From Marinicella sp. (GTDB taxonomy: Bacteria > Pseudomonadota > Gammaproteobacteria > Xanthomonadales > Marinicellaceae), in NCBI GenBank assembly GCA_965230295.1, contig OZ246001.1:96001-160000 (forward strand): a stretch of DNA of 64,000 bases, in the 5' to 3' direction. Of the stretch, positions 17,888 to 26,658 are shown piece after piece; position 1 is the first letter of the stretch, and every line of letters starts with the position of its first letter. The notes under the pieces were generated by a model. It was given only the letters and a program-made list of their open reading frames with translations. It made no database searches and was not told the origin of the DNA. A program made the position numbers and the translations under genes.

Positions 17888-18015
17888 GCAGTTGTTTCGC
17901 ACTGCATGTCTGTTCCTGACAAAAGTGAAAACGACTGCTTACATGGATGTAAGTATGCAGCGATAGCAGGCAGGAATTGTTCCCAACAATTCTCTGCATT
18001 CACCCCGTCCTGGGG
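17888..18015. repeat. Multi-hairpin palindromic intergenic element
   Basis: GCAGTTGTTT/AAACGACTGC, CTTACA-TGGA-TGTAAG, GAATTGTT-CCC-AACAATTC and CCCC-GTCCT-GGGG. Confidence 0.55.
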
Positions 18016-18059
18016 ATCGATGCGGTAGCTGCCGAGGCGAACATGACTTACTACCTCGC

Positions 18060-18252
18060 ACGCACTGCGGCATTCAAATCGGGCTTCTTTATCTTCGATA
18101 AAACCGCCCAACTTTCATTGCCTGTGCTATAACGCCATTCACATAAGGCTTATTGACTTCGTCAAACCGCCATGATTTCATTCACGCGCTACGGCATTCT
18201 AGGCAGGCTTCTTCATCTTCGATGAAACCGCCAACCTTTCATCACCTGCGCT
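18060..18252. repeat. Three tandem units of about 62 nt with covarying hairpins
   Basis: Each unit reads ..CATTC...GGCTT-stem(TTC)stem-A(A)CCGCC...TTTCAT; the stems are TTTATC/GATAAA, TTGAC/GTCAA and TTCATC/GATGAA. Confidence 0.75.
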
Positions 18253-18351
18253 GCCTAACCGGCTCGGCGAGTCAGGCTGCTCAGCAGCTTTCTATTGATC
18301 CATGTTTTTGAATGTGATAATATTCAATATTTACTGAATTTATTATATTTT

Positions 18352-18798
18352 ATGAATTTTATTGAACATATGGCTAGATTCTTCGATGAAATTGGCCAAG
18401 GTTCTATGAGTGGAAGGGTCTTTGGTCATTTATTGGTTTGTCAGCCACCTAAACAAAGAGCTGTTGATATTCAAGAAGCCACAGGTGCATCAGCCGGTAC
18501 GGTGCACGGCATATTGAAGTCTTACGTGTCAGCAGGATTGGTCCAAAGGAACAGCGAAGCTGGAAGTAAAACGATGTGGTATGAAATCACCCAGGATGCC
18601 TTTATTTCAATGCTCACTGCTCGCTTGGAAATGATCAAAAAAATGGTTCATTTGGCTGATCTTGGCCTGTCAGAATACTCTGCGGATCACTCAAAAAATC
18701 ACAGACTGGAATCAATGAAAATCTGTTATGAATATTTTGAACAAGCCTTTCCGGCAATGATAGCAAACTACCGCAAAAGTATACTTAAAGATGAATAA
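18352..18798 (+). CDS. GbsR/MarR-family transcriptional regulator
   Basis: FIE.MA.FF...G...MSGRVFG.LL motif, HTH (DIQEATGASAGTV) and a C-terminal RLE.M helix. Confidence 0.8.
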   Translation: MNFIEHMARFFDEIGQGSMSGRVFGHLLVCQPPKQRAVDIQEATGASAGTVHGILKSYVSAGLVQRNSEAGSKTMWYEITQDAFISMLTARLEMIKKMVHLADLGLSEYSADHSKNHRLESMKICYEYFEQAFPAMIANYRKSILKDE

Positions 18799-19405
18799 TC
18801 AAGTCTTTTTTATAGCCATGTTGACTTGGTTGATTTGCCAATCATTGGCCGTAATCATGCTTCGTTTGGGATTTAAACACATCCATCACAATTTCCTCAG
18901 CAAAGTGGGCAAATTAGCTCACCAACAAAAAATGAAAGCTTTGGTTAAATATTGGCCATTGAATCAGATCATCCCTGCACTACACCGCAATAAAAAAGGG
19001 TTATGTCAATTGATACTGACCGTTTTGATCGCATTGAAAAGCCTCATGTGTTTTGTTTTTGGGCCTGTCATGCTTTTATGGCTGCCCTTGGCTGCCTATG
19101 CGGTTCCTGCCATCATCTCAGCACATCGAACTGAAAATAAAAAATTGACTGAATGGGTCAGCCGAATTTCTATTTGGCAAGTCACCAGCCACTCCCTGGC
19201 TGCAACTGCAGGTACTCTGTTGATTTTTGCTTGGTGGAATGATAACACTGACATCATAGTTGGGGATATGACGTTCATCATGACAATGATTGTGTTCATC
19301 AGTGCTTCAATCATCAGTGCCTTTGTGGCCGGTAAGCTAGAAGCCAAGATGTTAATGTACTTGTATGCAATGAATTTTTTAGGTGAACTGAAAAAAGCCG
19401 ATTGA
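18791..19405 (+). CDS. Hypothetical membrane protein
   Basis: Multiple hydrophobic helices; overlaps the regulator stop codon. Confidence 0.65.
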   Translation: MNNQVFFIAMLTWLICQSLAVIMLRLGFKHIHHNFLSKVGKLAHQQKMKALVKYWPLNQIIPALHRNKKGLCQLILTVLIALKSLMCFVFGPVMLLWLPLAAYAVPAIISAHRTENKKLTEWVSRISIWQVTSHSLAATAGTLLIFAWWNDNTDIIVGDMTFIMTMIVFISASIISAFVAGKLEAKMLMYLYAMNFLGELKKAD

Positions 19406-19568
19406 ACCAACACCCTGGTTCATTTTCACCATTGGATTATTGAGTCCAAAAGACTTTCATACAGTCATGTCATATAACTGATTGATCAATGCACCAGATG
19501 AAATCCCTGAAGCATTCCTTTGGAGATTTTGATACACTCGAACCAGTCCGTTATATTGTGAGAGTCGC

Positions 19569-19841
19569 ATGCCTAGTGATAACAACGCAGCAGATAACAA
19601 CCATGCTGAATATTGGAAAGCCAACCTCAAACTCATGGCCGTGTTATTGACCATTTGGTTTTTGGTTTCATTTATTTGCGGTATCCTGTTAGTCGATCAA
19701 TTGAACCAAATACAATTTGCCGGCTTTAAATTGGGTTTTTGGATGGCTCAACAAGGCTCCTTGTATGTCTTTCTTATACTGATTTTCATTTATGTTCGAC
19801 GCATGAACACATTGGACAAAAAATTTGGTGTAGAAGAGTAA
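19569..19841 (+). CDS. DUF4212 small membrane partner of sodium:solute symporter
   Basis: YW.ANL, GFKLGFWMAQQGS and LDKKFGV motifs. Confidence 0.9.
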   Translation: MPSDNNAADNNHAEYWKANLKLMAVLLTIWFLVSFICGILLVDQLNQIQFAGFKLGFWMAQQGSLYVFLILIFIYVRRMNTLDKKFGVEE

Positions 19842-19848
19842 ATAAGTC

Positions 19849-21591
19849 ATGGATCTAAAAACCTTAACCACAACAGTCGTATTCGCTTCCTTTCTTTTAT
19901 ACATCGCCATTGCCATCTGGTCAAAAGCCAAAAGTACCGGCGATTTTTATGTGGCTGGAAAACATGTCAATCCCGTGGCCAATGGCATGGCCACTGCCGC
20001 AGACTGGATGTCAGCCGCATCATTCATCTCTATGGCCGGTATCATCGCATTCGTCGGATATGATGCCTCTGTTTATTTGATGGGGTGGACCGGAGGATAT
20101 GTTTTATTGGCCCTGTTGTTGGCACCCTATTTAAGAAAATTTGGCAAATTCACTGTGCCTGAATTCATTGGTGAGCGCTATTATTCCAAAACTGCCAGAA
20201 TTGTCGCCGTAATTTGTTTGATCATCATTTCATTCACCTATGTGGCTGGCCAAATGCGCGGCGTAGGTATAGTATTCTCACGGTTTTTAGAGGTGGAAAT
20301 CATCACTGGCTTGATGATTGGCATGGGCATTGTGTTTTTCTATGCAGTACTTGGTGGTATGAAAGGCATTACCTACACGCAGGTGGCCCAATATTGTGTG
20401 TTGATATTTGCTTATATGGTTCCAGCCATTTTTATTTCCATTCAAGCCACAGGCAACCCGATCCCACAACTGGCTTTTGGCAGTGAAGTGACAGGTGAAA
20501 GCATTTCATTGCTCAGCAAACTGGACGGTTTGGTCCAATCTTTAGGCTTTACTGCATTCACTGAAGGCTCTAAAAGTACCGTTGATCTATTCTTCATCAC
20601 TGCAGCCTTGATGGTCGGTACTGCTGGCCTGCCGCATGTGATTGTGAGATTCTTTACAGTTCCTAAGGTCTCTGATGCCAGAAAATCAGCCTTTTGGGCC
20701 CTATTTTTTATTTGTATCCTTTACACCACAGCTCCAGCAGTGGGCGCTTTGGCCAAGTTAAATTTAATCGAAACCATTCAACCAGGTCCAGTGGGTTCAA
20801 ACGCGGGCAATTTACTCTATGAACAAAAACCTGACTGGTTCGCCACTTGGGAGAAAACCGGTTTACTCTCCTTCGAGGATAAAAATGGTGATGGCAGAAT
20901 TCAATATTACAATGATCAAAACCTGGAATTTGAACCCATCGCACAAAGGTATGGCTGGGCAGGTAACGAGCTGACTGTTGATCGCGACATCATGGTCTTG
21001 GCCAATCCGGAAATTGCTCAGTTACCCAATTGGGTCATTGCCTTGATCGCTGCAGGCGGCATTGCTGCGGCATTGTCTACCGCTGCAGGATTGTTGTTAG
21101 TCATCTCGGCCGCCATCTCACATGACTTGGTCAAAGGTGTCTTTGCGCCCCATATTTCAGAAAAGAAAGAATTGCTGACAGGCAGGATTGCCGCTGCATT
21201 TGCCATCATGGTGGCAGGATACCTCGGTGCCAACCCGCCTGGGTTTGTCGCCCAAGTGGTGGCGCTGGCGTTCGGTTTGGCGGCTTCCTCTTTGTTCCCT
21301 GCTATCTTGATGGGCATTTTCAGCAAAAGAACCAACAAAGCGGGAGCCATTTCTGGAATGATTGTGGGTATTTTGTTTACCCTCAGCTACATCATATTCT
21401 TTAAGTTCATCCACCCGGAAATGAACAATGCCGACCATTGGTGGTTTGGCATTTCGCCAGAAGGTATTGGCACATTGGGCATGGTTTTGAATTTTATGGT
21501 CGCCATTACAATCAGCAAACTCACCGCTCCACCACCCTCAGCAGTACAAGATTTGGTTGAATCAATCCGTGTACCCAAATCAATGGCCTGA
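19849..21591 (+). CDS. actP: Sodium:solute symporter, ActP-like (probable acetate permease)
   Basis: NGMATAADWMSAASF, GGMKGITYTQVAQY and GTAGLPHV motifs; near acs and DUF4212. Confidence 0.85.
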   Translation: MDLKTLTTTVVFASFLLYIAIAIWSKAKSTGDFYVAGKHVNPVANGMATAADWMSAASFISMAGIIAFVGYDASVYLMGWTGGYVLLALLLAPYLRKFGKFTVPEFIGERYYSKTARIVAVICLIIISFTYVAGQMRGVGIVFSRFLEVEIITGLMIGMGIVFFYAVLGGMKGITYTQVAQYCVLIFAYMVPAIFISIQATGNPIPQLAFGSEVTGESISLLSKLDGLVQSLGFTAFTEGSKSTVDLFFITAALMVGTAGLPHVIVRFFTVPKVSDARKSAFWALFFICILYTTAPAVGALAKLNLIETIQPGPVGSNAGNLLYEQKPDWFATWEKTGLLSFEDKNGDGRIQYYNDQNLEFEPIAQRYGWAGNELTVDRDIMVLANPEIAQLPNWVIALIAAGGIAAALSTAAGLLLVISAAISHDLVKGVFAPHISEKKELLTGRIAAAFAIMVAGYLGANPPGFVAQVVALAFGLAASSLFPAILMGIFSKRTNKAGAISGMIVGILFTLSYIIFFKFIHPEMNNADHWWFGISPEGIGTLGMVLNFMVAITISKLTAPPPSAVQDLVESIRVPKSMA

Positions 21592-21800
21592 AGATAAATA
21601 GCCATGCTTCTTCTGGCATGATTTCTGTTGAATAAATTCAAGCCTCAATAGAAATGATACATGTGTTATTTAAGCCCCTTTTCCAGCAGCCAATGGTTTG
21701 TTATCCTCATTACAGCCTCAAATGTCTGACACTGCTGTCGAATGGTTGGTTTTGATGGATGCACCTCCACCAAAACCAACTGGTCATTGACATGCTATAG

Positions 21801-22817
21801 TTACCCTGACTTTTTATTGCTCGAATCCATCCTGTTGTGACTGACTTGCTTGAAACCCATCAAAACAATGAACAACAGCAACAACAGCCCAGTATATAAA
21901 TTCAAGACAGGAACAGGTTGAGCTGTTACCGGGCCAGAGCCAAAAGTCAATTGGGCCTGACCTGATGGACTGGTTGCCAAAGCCGAGTTGAACATGCTCT
22001 GTGCGTTGATGGCTCCAGTTATATCAGCTTGCAACACCCTGATCACAAAAGGATCTGGAGAAAAATCAGGCACAGGCTCAACTGATATGAAGGCTCGATG
22101 CCCTACAGATAAATCCCGCAATGGGCTGATGAAGTCTTGTCCAGGAAACGGCAACCCTTCTCCCAACCCTGAAGTTGGGCCTGGTCCGTCACTGTCAGCC
22201 TCATTGGCCAGCCTAAATGACCCGGTTGATATATTTTGATCTAAGCCAACATCGTAGACCCAACCTTGATAGATCCATCCTTCGGGCAGATCAACCAGTG
22301 ACAAGCCTGCTGTCAGTGTAACCAATCCAGACATATACCAAATACCATTTTCTAGTGAGCTGCCTTTGTCACCTGTTGGGTTTGCCAATGTAAATTGACC
22401 CAAAACCCCTGTTAAGTCGTCAGATATTGCATTGGGATGCCCGATGCTTAAAGAAGCAACACCCGCAGTGATCGTCCCGGCCAACAGCCTTGAATCTGCT
22501 GGTTCCGGCTGTGGATCCGGATTGGATTCAATGGTAACCATAACGACTGTGGCCTGTTCCGCAATTTGATCTTCAACACTGAATGTATCTGGACTTAAGG
22601 AGCCCGTTTCATTGACTGAAAAGGTTCCCACTGATACGGGAGCGTCGTCAACCACAACCCAAGCCTCATAACTGGCTTCCATGCCCAAGTCAACCAGACC
22701 ATTGATGTTCAATTCCAGTTCAGCGGCACTTAATCGTGACATGATGAAACCGGTCAGAACCACCCAATAAATGAACCCAACAATTAATCGATTCCTCGCT
22801 ATAGTTGAAGCCTTCAT
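21801..22817 (-). CDS. Secreted protein with RskA-like repeated domain and IPTL-CTERM-like anchor
   Basis: YEAWV and YQGWV twin domains, PFPGQDF; C-terminal VPVLN + TM helix + basic tail. Confidence 0.7.
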   Translation of the reverse strand: MKASTIARNRLIVGFIYWVVLTGFIMSRLSAAELELNINGLVDLGMEASYEAWVVVDDAPVSVGTFSVNETGSLSPDTFSVEDQIAEQATVVMVTIESNPDPQPEPADSRLLAGTITAGVASLSIGHPNAISDDLTGVLGQFTLANPTGDKGSSLENGIWYMSGLVTLTAGLSLVDLPEGWIYQGWVYDVGLDQNISTGSFRLANEADSDGPGPTSGLGEGLPFPGQDFISPLRDLSVGHRAFISVEPVPDFSPDPFVIRVLQADITGAINAQSMFNSALATSPSGQAQLTFGSGPVTAQPVPVLNLYTGLLLLLFIVLMGFKQVSHNRMDSSNKKSG

Positions 22818-24412
22818 TGTGCAATCGCTCCAAATCCATTTTTAAAGATCAAATCTGCAGGTGTTAAGCCTATCACTTCAATGGCACCAGCATCCAAATC
22901 AGCATCTGTTGACTGATTCCCTGGTAGGCCGACCACCAACTCAACGGATGATCCAAACTGACCAACAGCCAACGCATGTCCATATTGGTCGTTCAAAGCG
23001 TTCGCCGGCCGGTACTCATCACCGTTCAGAGAAACCCCTGAAGCGCTGCCATACAGGACATTAATACCACCGGCTTGGTCCACCATACCAGACCCGTCAA
23101 AACCAATGTCATTGGGGGTCCCAACTATCACGTCATCAAACCCGTCATGATTCAAATCCGCCAGCAACACCACATCACCAAATCGCTCATTATCCGCACC
23201 TGTACCCATGACGTCTGAATTTTCCTGGGTTATGATTTGCGACCCATTCTCGGAAAGTGAAGCGCTGTTGCCATAAAGCACGTTGATGGCTCCATTATCG
23301 ACCAAACCAGCAGCATTGGAGTCTTCTCTCCACACACCAACAACCAAATCCGCAAAACCGTCACCGTTGATGTCACCGGTTGCCAGTGAGTGCCCAAACT
23401 CATCACCTGCTTCAACCAAACCAGCCACAGCTCCAGATTGAGACCTGATGTAGTCATTGGTACTGACACCGGAAACGGTACTGCCTGAGAAGATATGCAC
23501 AATACCAGCTTCATCTTCTCCATCCACTTCTTCGCCCGGCACCCCAACTGCCAAGTCATCAACACCATCACCATCGAAGTCCGCAGCTGCCAAACTCCAC
23601 CCGAATAAATCTCCAGCTTCGGCATCTTCGAGTACATTGAATGAGTTTTGAGTCAAGACTTCACGGTCTTCAACATCAACCCCACTGGATGAACCATAAA
23701 ACACATGCACCTGCCCTTGGTTGGTGTTTTGTCCTACATTGCCTAAATCTTCCAATGGAGTCCCAACGGCAAGATCATCAAAACCATCCGCATCAAAATC
23801 ACCGGCTGCTAAAGATCGACCAAATTGGTCCAAGGCCTCAACATTGGCTGTGGCCTGTGAGCCAGTGTCGGTGTTGATCAACGCATATGAGTCACCAAAA
23901 TTGTCATTTGAACCATAAAATATATTCACTGCCCCAGCATTCAATAGACTGTTACTACTGAACAGGTCTTCTGCAGGTACACCCACCACCAAGTCGTCGA
24001 TACCATCACCGTTAAAATCTCCGGTTACCAGCGTGCGACCAAAAAAATCATTTTCTTCAAGGTCATCAATGCTGGCATCCTGAATCAACAACACCGAATC
24101 GCTGCCTAAGCCTGAAGGGCTTCCAAACATCACCAACACAGCCCCTGAATTTTCTATCAGAACGAATAAATTAAAATCATAAGAAGGTATACCGATGGCT
24201 AAATCAATGAAGCCATCACCATTGTAATCACCATTGGCTAAGGCATAACCAAATTCATCATCTGCTGACGTTTCAAGCCCGCCTAAACCCAGGTTTGAAT
24301 CTAAATCGATCGTCCTGAATTCATCCAATGAGCGATTATGATCTGATAACAAGGCATGAGAAACACCCACAAATGTAACCACCAAAAAGCCTAAACACAT
24401 TATTTTTTTCAT
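22814..24412 (-). CDS. Secreted FG-GAP (integrin-alpha-like) repeat protein
   Basis: Signal peptide; about seven FG..LA.GD(F/Y)NGDG.DDLA.G.P...GAV repeats; C-terminal DLIFKNGF. Confidence 0.9.
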   Translation of the reverse strand: MKKIMCLGFLVVTFVGVSHALLSDHNRSLDEFRTIDLDSNLGLGGLETSADDEFGYALANGDYNGDGFIDLAIGIPSYDFNLFVLIENSGAVLVMFGSPSGLGSDSVLLIQDASIDDLEENDFFGRTLVTGDFNGDGIDDLVVGVPAEDLFSSNSLLNAGAVNIFYGSNDNFGDSYALINTDTGSQATANVEALDQFGRSLAAGDFDADGFDDLAVGTPLEDLGNVGQNTNQGQVHVFYGSSSGVDVEDREVLTQNSFNVLEDAEAGDLFGWSLAAADFDGDGVDDLAVGVPGEEVDGEDEAGIVHIFSGSTVSGVSTNDYIRSQSGAVAGLVEAGDEFGHSLATGDINGDGFADLVVGVWREDSNAAGLVDNGAINVLYGNSASLSENGSQIITQENSDVMGTGADNERFGDVVLLADLNHDGFDDVIVGTPNDIGFDGSGMVDQAGGINVLYGSASGVSLNGDEYRPANALNDQYGHALAVGQFGSSVELVVGLPGNQSTDADLDAGAIEVIGLTPADLIFKNGFGAIAQ

Positions 24413-24590
24413 TCTTTACTCCTATTAAATTCCAGCCTTGAACACACGTTCCTGGCATCAAAAGCATCGTAAATAAATGCCTTCTAAATAGGATGATGAA
24501 ACCCTGATGATTGAATGATGATTAAAGAAAAGCCCCGAACAGCATGAGTTCGGGTTAATAAATTTGCTGACAGACTAGGATCAGTTAACC

Positions 24591-26495
24591 CTAGTTCAGT
24601 TCTGGTTCCAGACCAAATCTTTGGGCAAATTTAAGGTGACGATCTGCAGCTTGCTGCATAATTCCAGCAAATGCAGGATGGCCTCTGACGGCATCCAGCG
24701 CCGGGTCTCTCAAAAAATAAGCGTAAGCAAAGAAACCATGATCCACTGCCGCTTGGAACTGACTGATCGCATTCTCTTGATAGCCCGACAAGGCATAAAG
24801 TTGAGCCAGTTTATATGCCATTTCACCATCAAAATGTTGCTGTTGTTGACGTTGCTTTACCATATCATCGATCACTGTTTTGGCTGCTTGAGGTCGATCA
24901 TCAATGATGTGGTACAAAGCAGTGGAAAATTGACCAAATAGATCATTGGGCGTGCGTTCATAGACCGCTTTTAACAATGGCTTGGCTTGCTCTTTACGAT
25001 CGGACAACACCAAATTCAGCCCACGATAATAATCATGATAGGCATTACCCGGCTCTGCCAATAAACTCAGGTGTTCATCAAAGTGGTTCATATACAGCAA
25101 TGAATTGGGTGCTTGGTAAATGGGTTTTTTGCTGTAAAAATAGGGATCAAGTTGCCTGATTTGATTGATGTACTCGATCGCCAATTGCAAGAAACCGGCA
25201 TAGCGTAAAGTATAAATTTTAATGTTAAACATGACCGGGTTACTGGTATCTACATCCTGCACCCACTGATAAGCAGATTCGACTTGGTTGGTTTCCGTTA
25301 ACATGACATTGCGACCTATGGCCAAAGCCTGGTACTTACCAGGAGCCAATTGCTCTACTTTTTCTGCCATGGCCAGTGCTTTGACATAATTGTCAGTGGA
25401 TTGACCACACACATACACCAACTTAAAGTAATGAGCAAACAATTGGAACCAAGCATAGGCAAAGTTGGGATCGTTTTCAGTGGCCTTGATCAAAAGCTGT
25501 TCTGATTGATAAATTTCTTTGCAGGAGTCTTTGCGCATCAGATGATGGGCTTGCAAGATCATCCGGTAGGCTTCAGGGTTGTTGGTTTCATTGTGACCAT
25601 CCATTCTGATGGTGACCCCAGGTTTGATTAACTGGATGATTTCTCGAATGGTGACTCTTTGCTGTTTATACAACTCTTTGAGGTCCTTGCTGGTGGCTGG
25701 ATATGGAAACAAAAAGTCACCCAATGAGAACGGTGTTAATTGTCCTGCGGTATCGACCTTATGTAACACAAAGCTGAGTTTAATGCTGTTTTCGTTGAAC
25801 TGCTCCAGCTTACCTTCAATGATGTGATCTGCCAATGTGGCTCGTTGGATGGCCCACAAATCATGGAATTGATCCTTTAGACTCATCATGTTATCAGGAT
25901 GTATGACCCGCATTTTCAGGTTCAAACCCAATTGAGCTGCCATATGATCAATGATGGAATAGGACAAAACCGATACGGCATCTGTATGCTCAGGCATTTG
26001 CAATGGCATGATGGCAATGACAGGATTTTTAGAAGTTTGAAAAGACGACCCACTGCCTTCGGGTTCGTATGGTTTTAACCAATAAACAGCAACGACCACC
26101 AACAATAAAAACAGCAACCATGTCTGTATCGAATGGCTATGATTGCCGGGTTTTAACATAGGTTTTTTGGCCTTAGGTTTTTCAACAATTTGAACCGGAT
26201 GGATGAATTGGTAACCTTTGCCTCGCACTGTTCTGATAAAACTCTCACTGCTGTTTCTGTCATCCAAAACCTTTCTTAATTCATAAATGGTCCTGGTGAT
26301 AACGTGATCAGTGAGGGTCCTACCTTCCCACAATTGATTGAACATTTCTTCTTTAGAAACCACACGATCACGGTTCCTGATCAGCAACAACAAAGCATCG
26401 AAAACTTGCGGTTCCAGTTCAATGACAACCCCATCTTTCAACAGCCTGACTGTTTCCGGATTGAGTCGAAAGGGGCCAAATTCAAATTGCTTCAT
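24591..26495 (-). CDS. CadC/ToxR-like membrane-anchored winged-helix regulator with TPR region
   Basis: FEFGPFRL, LEPQVFD.L.LL and IRTVRGKGYQF; one TM helix; helical repeat C-terminus ending in DP.LD.VR. Confidence 0.88.
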   Translation of the reverse strand: MKQFEFGPFRLNPETVRLLKDGVVIELEPQVFDALLLLIRNRDRVVSKEEMFNQLWEGRTLTDHVITRTIYELRKVLDDRNSSESFIRTVRGKGYQFIHPVQIVEKPKAKKPMLKPGNHSHSIQTWLLFLLLVVVAVYWLKPYEPEGSGSSFQTSKNPVIAIMPLQMPEHTDAVSVLSYSIIDHMAAQLGLNLKMRVIHPDNMMSLKDQFHDLWAIQRATLADHIIEGKLEQFNENSIKLSFVLHKVDTAGQLTPFSLGDFLFPYPATSKDLKELYKQQRVTIREIIQLIKPGVTIRMDGHNETNNPEAYRMILQAHHLMRKDSCKEIYQSEQLLIKATENDPNFAYAWFQLFAHYFKLVYVCGQSTDNYVKALAMAEKVEQLAPGKYQALAIGRNVMLTETNQVESAYQWVQDVDTSNPVMFNIKIYTLRYAGFLQLAIEYINQIRQLDPYFYSKKPIYQAPNSLLYMNHFDEHLSLLAEPGNAYHDYYRGLNLVLSDRKEQAKPLLKAVYERTPNDLFGQFSTALYHIIDDRPQAAKTVIDDMVKQRQQQQHFDGEMAYKLAQLYALSGYQENAISQFQAAVDHGFFAYAYFLRDPALDAVRGHPAFAGIMQQAADRHLKFAQRFGLEPELN

Positions 26496-26658
26496 TGATA
26501 GGTAGGTGTGGCTGATTTGTTTTTTATAGATTATATTTTAAGCCAAAAAAAACAAAAGATTCATGCTAAAAATTTTAAATTGTATTTATATGACTTTTGA
26601 CAGATAGCAAGCCCTTTATTATATGATAGATTCACTGCACCAAAAAAGAGGATTAAAC

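Noticed and set aside
17791-18111. 106-aa minus-strand ORF
   Set aside because: It runs through palindromic repeats and has no recognisable motif or RBS, so it is likely spurious.
18060-18252. Possible CRISPR array or attC cassette sites
   Set aside because: The units are degenerate along their whole length with no unique spacers or intervening genes, and no integrase is present.
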